64,000 nucleotides of DNA from Candidatus Marinacidobacterales bacterium (GTDB lineage Bacteria > Acidobacteriota > Vicinamibacteria > Marinacidobacterales > DATDRI01). This document shows, one piece after another, positions 48,931 to 58,469 of the stretch. Within the stretch, counting starts at the first letter, position 1, and every line of letters starts with the position of its first letter. Position numbers and translations under genes: made by a program. The notes below the pieces were generated by a model that did no database searches, had not been told where the DNA came from, and saw only the letters and a program-made list of their open reading frames with translations. The stretch covers positions 2,048,001-2,112,000 of the forward strand of contig OZ245365.1 in the NCBI GenBank assembly GCA_965226495.1, in the 5' to 3' direction.

Positions 48931-50427
48931 ATGCCCGCGGTTCTCCTACAGATTCTTCTTACTCCTGTTGTCGCGGCGGTAGTGATCTTTGTGGCGAGGA
49001 AAAGAATCGGACGCCTGGCCGGGTGGGCGGCGGCGTTGACCATGCTTTACACGACGTTGCTCGTTTCCATCGCGGGCGTGGAGGTCTATGCAGGACGAGT
49101 AATCTTCGAGGAATACCTGCTCATCGCTCCCGACATCCGTCTGGGACTCTTGGCGGATGGGCTGAGCTTTCCTACGCTGGCGATTGTTGTGCTTCTTTGC
49201 ACGGCGTTGGGGTTCTACTCCATCCGCTACGTCGAGCACAGAGTCGAGCTTCTCTATCACACTGCGAGCGAGAGCGCCCAGATCGGTTACTACGCTCGGT
49301 TTTTTTACCTGTTCCTGTTTTTCCCTGCCGGTTTCATCGGGTCGATCTTGAGCACGAATCTCGTGTCCCTCTACTTCTTCTTGGAAGTCCTGACCATCGC
49401 CCTCTTCTTTCTGATGGCCTACTTCGGGTACTTAGAGCGGGTGCGGGTCGCCTTCATCAGCTTGTCGTGGGGGATCATCGGTGCGTTGTTCTTTCTGGCC
49501 GCATCGGTCGCGGTCTATACCCAGATTGGGAGCTTCGACATCTCGGAGCTTCACCGCATGGCGGGAAACGACCTGGTGAGTTGGACCATCGGTCTGTTCA
49601 TCATCGGATTGCTGATGAAGCTAGCGATCGTACCGTTCCACGTCTGGATGCCTTCGGTACATGCAGAACACCCGACCTGCATTGCCGGCCTACTGGCGGT
49701 ATATGCCAACTTGGGCCTTTACATCCTCATCCGGGTTGGAGTCCTGCCACTGGCAGAGGATTTTCAAAAATTCGGCGCCCCCCTCATGGTGCTCGCCCTC
49801 ATCACCATGGTTTACGGGTCCCTTCTCACATTGGCACAAACGGATATCAAACGCTTGGCGGCGTGCTCGACCATCAGCCAGATCGCCTACTCCGTCCTTG
49901 GCCTCGGCGCGCTGACGACAGTGAGTATCGAGGGCAGCATGTTTTTCTTCCTGAGCCACATTATGGGGAAGACGCTCTTCTTCTCGACCGCGGGGATCGT
50001 CGTATACACCACCGGGATCCGTGACATGCGGGAGATGGGCGGCCTGGCTCGTAAGATGCCGTTGACCGCCATCCTGTGGGTGATGGGCTGCATGATGCTC
50101 TCTGGGTTTCCACCCTTCAGCAGTTTTACCGCGGAATGGATCATGTTCACGGGGATCTTCGAGCGTGGATTGCTCACCGGGCCAACCGGGATCTTCATCG
50201 CGCTAGGCGGCGTCACCGCCATCCTACTAACGGTGGCTTATTCCTTCGGAGCTGCGCGCCGCATTTTCTTCGGTCCTTTGAGTCCCGCGCTCGAGGGCAA
50301 GGATATTTCCGACCCACGGTGGACTATGAGTGTCCCCCTGCTGGTAGTCGCCGCCACTTCCATCGTCCTTGGGATGTACCCGCGCCTCATCATGGACTTG
50401 CTGCATTCTGTGATCGGGGCCTCGTAG
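48931..50427 (+). CDS. NuoM/MrpD-like antiporter-type subunit
   Basis: LADGLS, YFFLE, KLAIVPFHVWMP, MGGLARKMP. Confidence 0.88.
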   Translation: MPAVLLQILLTPVVAAVVIFVARKRIGRLAGWAAALTMLYTTLLVSIAGVEVYAGRVIFEEYLLIAPDIRLGLLADGLSFPTLAIVVLLCTALGFYSIRYVEHRVELLYHTASESAQIGYYARFFYLFLFFPAGFIGSILSTNLVSLYFFLEVLTIALFFLMAYFGYLERVRVAFISLSWGIIGALFFLAASVAVYTQIGSFDISELHRMAGNDLVSWTIGLFIIGLLMKLAIVPFHVWMPSVHAEHPTCIAGLLAVYANLGLYILIRVGVLPLAEDFQKFGAPLMVLALITMVYGSLLTLAQTDIKRLAACSTISQIAYSVLGLGALTTVSIEGSMFFFLSHIMGKTLFFSTAGIVVYTTGIRDMREMGGLARKMPLTAILWVMGCMMLSGFPPFSSFTAEWIMFTGIFERGLLTGPTGIFIALGGVTAILLTVAYSFGAARRIFFGPLSPALEGKDISDPRWTMSVPLLVVAATSIVLGMYPRLIMDLLHSVIGAS

Positions 50428-50448
50428 ACGGTATCTCGTGCTTTTTTT

Positions 50449-50521
50449 TAGACGGGATTACAGGATTGACAGGATAGAGACACAAGGCGCCTTTGACTTT
50501 TTTATCCTGTCAATCTTGTCC
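50449..50521. repeat. Palindromic ACAGGAT/ATCCTGT repeat element, copy 3
   Basis: tagacgggattacaggattgacaggata...tatcctgtcaatcttgtc. Confidence 0.78.
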
Positions 50522-50534
50522 AATTTCTTTCTTT

Positions 50535-52955
50535 TCAGACGCTGAGATTCAGGAAAGTCTCCGGGTCGAACGAGTCCACTTGGATGACCTCGGCACGAGC
50601 TTCATCCGCGGCGAGAACCTTTTGGCGCTCCTCCTCGTCGATGATGCCCGCTTCGAGCGCGAGATTCAGGAGCTCGTCGCCGGGGGCACGGTCGAGAAGT
50701 CCCGAACGAACAGCATCCCGAATCTTCGTCTCCACCGCCAGTGCGGCGACCGCTTTGTCGAGTGCCGCCTCCATTTTGCCAAGCCCGGGCTCGTCGGGTC
50801 CGGGGATGTAGATGTCCTTGGTGAGATGTAGCCGAGCTTGTCGGTCCTCGAGAAGCCCGCGCGCCACCGCACCGCCCAAGCGATCACTAGGCGGACGCAG
50901 CCGGGCGCCCAGCGGAACGACGAGGAAGTGAAGCAACCACGCTGCCGGGCGGTTGGGAAGGTTGTCCATGATTCCGAGAAGAGCGGATTGAATTTGAAAC
51001 AGAGCGTGCTCGCAGGACCACGAGACGAAAGGGAGATCTCTTTTGAGCTGGCCGTCGTCGAAAAATTGCTTGAGGGAGGCGGAAGCGAGATACATCCAAG
51101 CGAGAGCATCTGCCAGGCGAGCGCTGATTTTCTCCTTGCGTTTGAGACGACCACCCAATGTTGCCATCGCAACGCCAGAGACGATGGCAAAGGCGCTGCT
51201 CATGCGGCTGAGTTGTTGAAAGTAGGTCTTGATCTTGCCCCGTCCCGGCGTGTGGAGTAGCTTACCGCCGGTCAGGCCCAGCAGAAAGGAACGCGTCGAG
51301 TTTTTCAAAGCGAACCCGATGTGCTTGAAGAAGGCGCGGTCGAAACTAGCCAGATCGCCCGCTGCAATAGCTTGCATTTCCTCTCGCACGTACGGATGGC
51401 AACGAATCGCCCCTTGCCCGTATATGATCATGGATCGCGTGAGGATGTTCGCGCCCTCCACCGTGATGGCGATGGGGACGGACTTGAAGATGGGCTCAAG
51501 AGTGTTGCGAGGACCGCGGCTGATTGCAGCGCCGGCTCGGATATCCATGGCATCGTTGACGACCTGCCGCATCGCCTCCGTCGAATAAGCTTTCATGATG
51601 GCCGAGACGACCGATGGTTTTTCCCCGTGATCGATGGCGCCGAGAGTAAGTTTCCGCGCTGCGTTCATGAGATAGGTGAGCCCTCCGATCCGCGCGAGGG
51701 GCTCCTCGATTCCCTCGAAGCGACCAATCGGAGTATCGAACTGCTCCCGCACGGTGGCGTAAGCCCCTACCAGCCGTGTGGACAGCTCTGCGGCTCCTAC
51801 GGAGAGGGAAGGTAGTGAGATGCCCCTTCCCACTGCCAGACTTTCCATGAGCATGCGCCAGCCCTTGCCGGCCATCTCCTTGCCTCCGATGATGAAATCC
51901 AAGGGAACGAAGACGTCGTGACCATAGTTGGGACCGTTTTGGAACGCGACGCCCATGGCATCGTGCCGATCCCCGATTTTGACGCCGGGCAGGTGGGAGG
52001 GGATCAGGGCGGCGGTGATTCCCAAGTCTTCGGATCCTCCGAGAAGGCCGTCAGGGTCTTTGAGCCGGAAAGCCAAGCCTATGACCGTCGAAATCGGTCC
52101 TAGGGTGATATAGCGTTTGCTCCAGTTAAGACGCATTCCCAAGACTTCTTTTCCCTCGAACTGCCCGTGGCAAACGACGCCGATACTCTGGGTGGCGGCG
52201 GCATCGCTGCCGGCTTCCGGGCCGGTCAGCGCGAAGCAGGGGATCTCTTCGCCGTTCGCCAACCGGGGTAGGTAATAGCGCTTCTGATCGTCGGTGCCGT
52301 AGTGGAGAAGGAGCTCGGCCGGTCCGAGAGAATTGGGCACCATCACCGTTACCGCGGCGGCAACACTGCGGCTGGCGACTTTTATGACAACCGCGGAATG
52401 GGCTCGAGCGGAGAAACCGAGGCCGCCGTACTCCTCGGGGATGATCATCCCCAAGAAGCCATGTTTCTTCATGAAGTCCCAAGCCTCGGGGGGGAGTTGG
52501 CGGGCCTGGGTGATCTCCCATTCGTTCAACATCCGACAAAGCTCTTCGACCGGCCCTTGGAGAAACTCCCGCTCCCGCTCAGAGAGACCGGGGATCTCGA
52601 AATCGAGCAGCTTCTTCCAGTCGGGATTGCCGGAGAAGAGGTCGCCGTCCCACCAGACCGTGCCCGCATCGAGGGCTACCCGCTCGGTCTCTCCCATGCG
52701 CGGTAGAGCCGACGCGAAGGCGGGCATCAGCGGGCGGGTCACCAACTGACGGCGTATGGCCGGGATTCCGAATAGGACTGCCAGAACTCCGAAGAGAACC
52801 CCCAGAATCGTCCATGTGGTGGGTGAAATCGAGCCGTGGTACGAGGCGGCGGGTGCCAATGCCAGCCCGCCGAGGACCCACGCCCAATATCCGTGGCCGC
52901 GGTATAACAAAGTGATGGCTAGGACGGCAGCGAGGGCGACGAAGAGCCACGGCAT
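50535..52955 (-). CDS. fadE: Long-chain acyl-CoA dehydrogenase (FadE type)
   Basis: VMVPNSLGPAELL, PCFALTGPEAGSDA, ITVEGANILTR, C-terminal DUF1974-like. Confidence 0.93.
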   Translation of the reverse strand: MPWLFVALAAVLAITLLYRGHGYWAWVLGGLALAPAASYHGSISPTTWTILGVLFGVLAVLFGIPAIRRQLVTRPLMPAFASALPRMGETERVALDAGTVWWDGDLFSGNPDWKKLLDFEIPGLSEREREFLQGPVEELCRMLNEWEITQARQLPPEAWDFMKKHGFLGMIIPEEYGGLGFSARAHSAVVIKVASRSVAAAVTVMVPNSLGPAELLLHYGTDDQKRYYLPRLANGEEIPCFALTGPEAGSDAAATQSIGVVCHGQFEGKEVLGMRLNWSKRYITLGPISTVIGLAFRLKDPDGLLGGSEDLGITAALIPSHLPGVKIGDRHDAMGVAFQNGPNYGHDVFVPLDFIIGGKEMAGKGWRMLMESLAVGRGISLPSLSVGAAELSTRLVGAYATVREQFDTPIGRFEGIEEPLARIGGLTYLMNAARKLTLGAIDHGEKPSVVSAIMKAYSTEAMRQVVNDAMDIRAGAAISRGPRNTLEPIFKSVPIAITVEGANILTRSMIIYGQGAIRCHPYVREEMQAIAAGDLASFDRAFFKHIGFALKNSTRSFLLGLTGGKLLHTPGRGKIKTYFQQLSRMSSAFAIVSGVAMATLGGRLKRKEKISARLADALAWMYLASASLKQFFDDGQLKRDLPFVSWSCEHALFQIQSALLGIMDNLPNRPAAWLLHFLVVPLGARLRPPSDRLGGAVARGLLEDRQARLHLTKDIYIPGPDEPGLGKMEAALDKAVAALAVETKIRDAVRSGLLDRAPGDELLNLALEAGIIDEEERQKVLAADEARAEVIQVDSFDPETFLNLSV

Positions 52956-53005
52956 CGAGCTTGCTCAGGAGGAACGAATGGAAACGAGTCTCTCGATTAC
53001 TAAGA

Positions 53006-53071
53006 TACCACGGATAGTAAGGCGTGCCATATGAGTGTTACCACGGATAGTAAGGCGTGCCATATGAGTGT
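53006..53071. repeat. Perfect 33-bp tandem duplication
   Basis: taccacggatagtaaggcgtgccatatgagtgt x2. Confidence 0.9.
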
Positions 53072-53101
53072 TTATGGGGGTTCAACGGTCGCGGACGGTT
53101 C

Positions 53102-53130
53102 TTGCTTGTCCGGCTCACCGTCATTATAAT
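53102..53130 (+). promoter_or_regulatory. Putative sigma-70 promoter for murJ
   Basis: TTGCTT-N17-TATAAT. Confidence 0.6.
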
Positions 53131-53138
53131 GACGGAAC

Positions 53139-54875
53139 TTGATGTCCTCTTCTCCAACTGAGAGGCAAATCCACGCGAAATCAAGCCATCATTCTCCTTC
53201 CACGACAGGATCCAACTCCCAGGGTACCGGCGGCGCCGGATCGCGTGACTCCACCGAAAAGCTGACGCGTTCCGCCGGGACGGTCACCATCGGCGTGATG
53301 GGTTCCCGTCTGCTCGGACTCGTCCGCGAAATGGTTCTCGCCTACTTCTTCCGTACCGGTGCCGGCCTAGATGCTTTTTACGCGGCCTTCCGCATCCCGA
53401 ACTTGCTGCGGGATATGTTTGGAGAAGGAGCTCTCAGTAAGGCGTTCGTCTCTACGTTCAGCGAGGTCGGGGAGAAAGAGGGCGAGGAAGCGGGGGTTCG
53501 CCTCGCCAATCTGGTGCTCAACGCGCTGTTAGTCATCGTTGGCATGGCGACATTGCTGGGGATCTATTTCTCCGAAGAGATCGTGAGCGCCATGCTGCCC
53601 GGCAGCGGCTTCAACCTGCCGCTCCCCGCGGATGAAAGTTTTGGTTTCGCCAGTAAGCGTGAGCTGACCGTCTTCCTGACGCAGGTCATGTTTCCCTTCC
53701 TACTCCTGGTCAGCGTGGCGGCGGTGGCAATGGGATTCTTGAACGCCCGTGGGCGGTTCATTGTGCCGGCTATGGCCTCGATGTTCTTCAACCTGGGCGC
53801 GATTGTGGTCGGTGTGGCCGGTTACTTTGTGGCACCGAGTTTTGGGCAGCATCCCACAGTAGGGATGGCGGTGGGAGTGCTCGCGGGTGGCGTGCTGCAG
53901 CTGCTGTGGCAGGTTCCGGCGCTCTGGAGGCAGGGCTATCGCTATCGTGCGGCACTCAACTTTCGCGATCCGGGTTTCCAGAAAGTCCTTCGCTTGTTCG
54001 GCCCCGGGGCGTTGGTCGCTGCGACCGTGCAGGTGAACGTCTTCATCAATTCGGTCTTCGCCTCCTTGGGCTCTGGCTGGTTGTCTTGGATCACTCAGTC
54101 ATTCCGCCTTTTGCATCTACCCATTGGGCTTGTCGGCGTGGCGGTATCGGTTGTGTCTTTGCCTGCTCTCAGCAGAGCGGTGGCGCGGAGCGACCAAACG
54201 GAGTTTCGCGAAACCTTCTCTCATGCCATGCGGCTCGTGTTGCTTTTCATGATTCCGGCGTCGGTTGGGCTGATCGTTCTGTCGGAGCCCATCGTGCGTC
54301 TCATCTACGAACGAGGGCGGTTCGAGGCTAACGATACGCGCCAGGTTGCTGCGACGCTCGTTTTCTACGCCCTCGGGCTGACCAGCTACGCAGCGGTGAA
54401 GATCGTGACCGACGGTTTCTATGCGCTTCAGGATATTCGGGCGCCGTTGGTAGTCAGCATCTTGACGATGATCGCCAACGCTGGGCTGAACTGGTTCTTT
54501 ATCGCCAAATTGGGTATGGATCACCGCGGCTTGGCGCTCTCCACTTCCTGTACGATGACCGTTTCTCTGGCATGGCTGTGGTTCCTACTGCGTCGCCGAA
54601 GTGGATTGGCTGGGCTAGGGGGAGGGGCAACCCTGGCGATGATGGGGAAAATGATCGTCGCGTCGGCGATTATGGGAATGGTGGCCGCCGGCACCAGTGA
54701 GTTCCTCGATTCCCGGCTAGGCCACGAGGCACTGCTGCCCCGGCTGGCACAAGTGGGCGCTTCAATAGGCTTGGCGTTCGTCGTACTTTATGGGGCGTGC
54801 AAAGTTCTGCGCGTCAGTGAAATGGATCAGGCGTTGCGCGCCCTCGCCGGCCGAGGGCGCGAGATGGAGGTGTGA
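53139..54875 (+). CDS. murJ: Lipid II flippase MurJ
   Basis: SRLLGLVRE, AFRIPNLLRDMFGEGALS, RLIYERGRF. Confidence 0.95.
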   Translation: MMSSSPTERQIHAKSSHHSPSTTGSNSQGTGGAGSRDSTEKLTRSAGTVTIGVMGSRLLGLVREMVLAYFFRTGAGLDAFYAAFRIPNLLRDMFGEGALSKAFVSTFSEVGEKEGEEAGVRLANLVLNALLVIVGMATLLGIYFSEEIVSAMLPGSGFNLPLPADESFGFASKRELTVFLTQVMFPFLLLVSVAAVAMGFLNARGRFIVPAMASMFFNLGAIVVGVAGYFVAPSFGQHPTVGMAVGVLAGGVLQLLWQVPALWRQGYRYRAALNFRDPGFQKVLRLFGPGALVAATVQVNVFINSVFASLGSGWLSWITQSFRLLHLPIGLVGVAVSVVSLPALSRAVARSDQTEFRETFSHAMRLVLLFMIPASVGLIVLSEPIVRLIYERGRFEANDTRQVAATLVFYALGLTSYAAVKIVTDGFYALQDIRAPLVVSILTMIANAGLNWFFIAKLGMDHRGLALSTSCTMTVSLAWLWFLLRRRSGLAGLGGGATLAMMGKMIVASAIMGMVAAGTSEFLDSRLGHEALLPRLAQVGASIGLAFVVLYGACKVLRVSEMDQALRALAGRGREMEV

Positions 54876-55672
54876 TGATACTAGGCCGAACCGGAGTTCT
54901 TCTTGTCTTTTTCGTGTTGTCAGTCGGCTATGCGAGCGCCCAGCAGCGGCGTGCCCCCGGCAAGGCAGCTGGGACGGGCTACGGCGAATTCTTCCGAGTC
55001 GAGTTCCAGTATCGTAATTGGAACGCCAAACATACCACCGAGCTCGAGATCGGGCCCGATTCCACGAATATCTCATTGGGTGACGATCTGAACTTGCCGG
55101 ACGAGCGGATCAACGCGTTCATGGGGACGGTGCGCATATTGCGTTTCCTGAAAGCCAGGGGCTCTTACCTGAAACGAGACTACGAGGGGAGCGCAACCAT
55201 TCGCCGCGACCGGACCATCGGGGGCGTGACGTTTCCGGCTCTGACAGATATGGATACCGCGCTCACCATCGAGTACACGACGATTGGAGCGGAAGGAGAT
55301 CTCTACGAGACCCGCGAGTTCATCTTTTCGGTGGTCGGTGACTACACGCGCTTCCGCGCTGACACGGCCATAAGGGGCTCGAACGGCGGGTCTGCGGCTC
55401 TCGGCAGGAGGGAAGTGGCGCTTCTGACTCTCGGTCTCAAGGTTAAACTCTACCTCACGCCGGCTGCGGCTGTCGTTTTGGAGGCCAGCGGTATGAGGAA
55501 GGGGGGGACCGGAGCCCTGACCAACTTAGACGCTACGTTCTTCTACAACTTCAATAAGAGCTTTGCCGTCTCCTTAGGATACGAGAACAGGTACGCGCGT
55601 ATAGACCGGCCCGGGAGGCGGGAGATCTTTCGCCTGGCGGGCGCGTATTTCGTGGTGGCGGCTCGCTTTTGA
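54872..55672 (+). CDS. Putative outer-membrane beta-barrel protein
   Basis: Signal peptide, alternating beta strands, C-terminal Phe. Confidence 0.65.
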   Translation: MMILGRTGVLLVFFVLSVGYASAQQRRAPGKAAGTGYGEFFRVEFQYRNWNAKHTTELEIGPDSTNISLGDDLNLPDERINAFMGTVRILRFLKARGSYLKRDYEGSATIRRDRTIGGVTFPALTDMDTALTIEYTTIGAEGDLYETREFIFSVVGDYTRFRADTAIRGSNGGSAALGRREVALLTLGLKVKLYLTPAAAVVLEASGMRKGGTGALTNLDATFFYNFNKSFAVSLGYENRYARIDRPGRREIFRLAGAYFVVAARF

Positions 55673-56547
55673 AAAAATCCTTTCTTGAATATCTCGAAGT
55701 GGAGAGGGGTCTTTCCGAGAACACCATCGCTGCCTATCGGCGCGATATGGCAAAGCTCGACGTGTTTGCCCGAGAGGACGGGAAGAAACTCGAGGAGCTA
55801 ACCGCTTCTGATATTCGAAGTTTTCTTCGTCAACTTCACCGCCAGGGTCTTTCTCACCGCTCTATCGCTCGGGCCTTATCGGCCACCAAGGGGCTCTATC
55901 GTTTCGCCGCGGCGGAGCGCATGGTAGCAATGGATCCGACGGAACAAGTCGAATCTCCCAGTGTGCCACGTAGCCTGCCACACTATCTTTCGCTGGAGGA
56001 AGTAGACCAGATCTTGGCTGCCCCGGACACGAAGACCGCGGCCGGTCTTCGTGACCGAACCATGATGGAGACGTTATACGCCACCGGGCTTCGAGTCTCC
56101 GAGTTGGTCTCGCTACGTGTCGACGACCTCTACCTCGACGCCGGATACCTCCGTTGCCGGGGCAAGGGGAGAAAAGAACGAATCGTTCCGCTGGGGCGTT
56201 CCGCGGCAAAGTGGCTCCGGCGTTACCTGAGTCGAGGGCGCCGCGAGCTTTCCGCCAAGGCCGGTCCGTGGGTCTTTCTAAGCCGTTTGGGGACCCGGAT
56301 GACCCGCCAGCGCTTTTGGCAAATCCTCCAAGGCTGCGGAACGAAGTGCGGGATTAACCGGAGGCTCTCCCCCCACGTGGTCCGTCACTCCTTCGCCACG
56401 CATCTTCTGGAGAGGGGCGCCGACTTGCGCTCGCTGCAGCTCATGCTCGGACATTCGGACATCGGGACCACGCAGATCTATACGCACGTCAGCCGCGAAC
56501 GCCTGCGCCGCGTCTACGATCAGTACCATCCCCGCGCCCGCCGGTAG
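55669..56547 (+). CDS. xerD: Tyrosine recombinase XerD
   Basis: YATGLRVSEL, GKGRKER, HVVRHSFATH, LGHSDIGTTQIY. Confidence 0.93.
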   Translation: MKKSFLEYLEVERGLSENTIAAYRRDMAKLDVFAREDGKKLEELTASDIRSFLRQLHRQGLSHRSIARALSATKGLYRFAAAERMVAMDPTEQVESPSVPRSLPHYLSLEEVDQILAAPDTKTAAGLRDRTMMETLYATGLRVSELVSLRVDDLYLDAGYLRCRGKGRKERIVPLGRSAAKWLRRYLSRGRRELSAKAGPWVFLSRLGTRMTRQRFWQILQGCGTKCGINRRLSPHVVRHSFATHLLERGADLRSLQLMLGHSDIGTTQIYTHVSRERLRRVYDQYHPRARR

Positions 56548-56662
56548 CCGCCTGAATTACAACTCCGGCGTCCTGGCTTCCGGGGGCGACAACCAGATGG
56601 ATGACCTGCAGGCCGAGTTGACGAAAATCTACGACCCGCTCGCCTAGAGCCTCTCCCAAGAG

Positions 56663-58469
56663 TCAAAGCTCTAGCGCTTCCAGCCGCCGTTGTCCCCAGC
56701 GAATGGGGAGCACGACCGCCGCTAGATTGAGAAGTCCCACTGCTACGAGTGCCAGGAGGGCAACGAGCAACGGTAGGTTGAGCGGCTCTCCCCGATACTG
56801 TGCGGACAAGTAGAAATAGACGGGCAGCGCTTCTAAGAACAACACCAGGGCAATGAAGGAAGTCGTCGCGATCATGTAGAGAAGGCCGCCACTGCTCCCG
56901 GCTATTTGAGTGATGTTCTCGAAGCGGAAACGAGGAAACATGGCACCCATCCCCACGCCCAATCCGACGATGCCGAAGCAGACGAAAAGAATGGTCACCG
57001 AGGCGAGGATGGTCATGAATTGCGACGCACCGAGAAAGTGGTTCGATGCCAGCGTCAGGATCTGAGATAGCACGAGGAGGGGAGGTAGTGCGGTCCAGAA
57101 CTTGCTCCACAGAAACCGCCGCAACGATAGGTGGCGATGCCAGCGTCAGGATCTGAGATAGCACGAGGAGGGGAGGTAGTGCGGTCCAGAACTTGCTCCA
57201 CAGAAACCGCCGCAACGATAGGGGCGAGCTACGAATAATCCAGAATGCTTGGCCTTCGATGGAAACCGCGGTGAAGACGAAGCGGACCGCTACCGCCGAG
57301 AGGACAAAGCCGGCTAACCCCAGATTCAAGAACGAGAATAGGTTTTGTAGGAAGAAAGTCGCAAAAGTGAAGTTGGAGGGAAGGACACTGAAGTTGTAAA
57401 GGTAGACGACCACCAAGGCCAAGAGAAGGAAAAGCTGTGACCACTGAGTTGGATCTCGTAAGAAGCTCTTCAGGTCTTTCAGTAGTAGAGAGCGAAATCG
57501 GAGCTCGAGGGGCCGGGTCGCGAGCTCGAGTAAGCGATCGAGCATCGGCGCGGCGGTGAAGCGAGCGGGCTGCGCCTCCTGGGCCCGTGAGTAACCCTGG
57601 CGGTAGAGTGCCCGCGCCTGCCAACATCCCAGGACGATCATCGCCGCCGCCGTGGACCACAGGAGGAACAAGACGAACCACGGAAGCGCGTCTCCCTGCC
57701 GCGCGGTTGCCAAGACCTCGGTTGCCCAGGTGCTGGGCAGGAGCGGAGAGGCCGGGGCGCGGAAAGCGGAAAAAAACTCACTGATGTCGTAGATAGAGCT
57801 GGGGTTCAACAGCCTTTCAGGCTGCTGAGTTCGTATCAAGAACACCAACAGGGCCACGAAAAGAGCTCCGATCATCATGAGCAACTCGCGAACCCGTCGG
57901 GCGGGAAATATGAACATGAGCGCCGAAGTGATCATTGTGCCTAGCGCTGCCGGGATAGCTAGCAAGGGGAGCAAAACCAGCACCACCGCGAGGAGAAACC
58001 AAAGCGGTGTCGGAGAGGTCAAGGCGAAGGCGATGTACATGGGTAAGCTGAAGACGAGCACCATCCAAGAAGACTGGACCAGCGTCAGGACGAGTCGGGA
58101 TGCGTAGAGCGCAGGCAGTGACACCGGGCTGCTAGCTAGTAGTGCCAGGTCCGCGGATACGTATTGGGTGGAGTGTGCGGTCACCACATTGCTGGCGAGG
58201 AGGACGGCGAACAAGAACACCGAGACCGTTGCCAAGACTTGGTGGGTGAGCGGGGCGGTGAACTCGGAGAATCGTCCGATGTACCAGAGCATGCGGTAGA
58301 AACCGGCGAAAATACCTAGGGAGAACAAGACCGTGATCCCGCCAAAGAGTGTAAAACGGAGGAACTCGCCCTTGCCCGCCAGTCGCCGCCGGTTTTGAAA
58401 TGCCAGGACGGAGGGAGTGAGGAGGTGAAGGATTTGGCGCGGAGTGAACTCCGGAGTCGCTAGCGTCAA
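56663..58469 (-). pseudogene. ABC transporter permease frameshifted by an internal 91-bp duplication (possibly artefact)
   Basis: KDLKSFLRDPTQWSQ, SIEGQAFWIIRSSP; C-terminus continues in the 56663..57124 frame. Confidence 0.8.
57044..57222. repeat. 88-bp perfect direct duplication (period 91 bp)
   Basis: 57044-57131 identical to 57135-57222. Confidence 0.9.

Noticed and set aside
42905-50427. Membrane-bound hydrogenase or complete complex I
   Set aside because: No catalytic, Fe-S or NuoH-like subunit in the operon
53006-53071. Possible mini CRISPR array
   Set aside because: Two abutting copies with no spacer and no cas genes
55669-56547. Integrase marking a mobile element
   Set aside because: Typical housekeeping XerD in a murJ operon; no att/tRNA site or cargo
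56520-57130. 649-aa ORF C-terminal extension overlapping xerD
   Set aside because: Out-of-frame read-through caused by the 91-bp duplication
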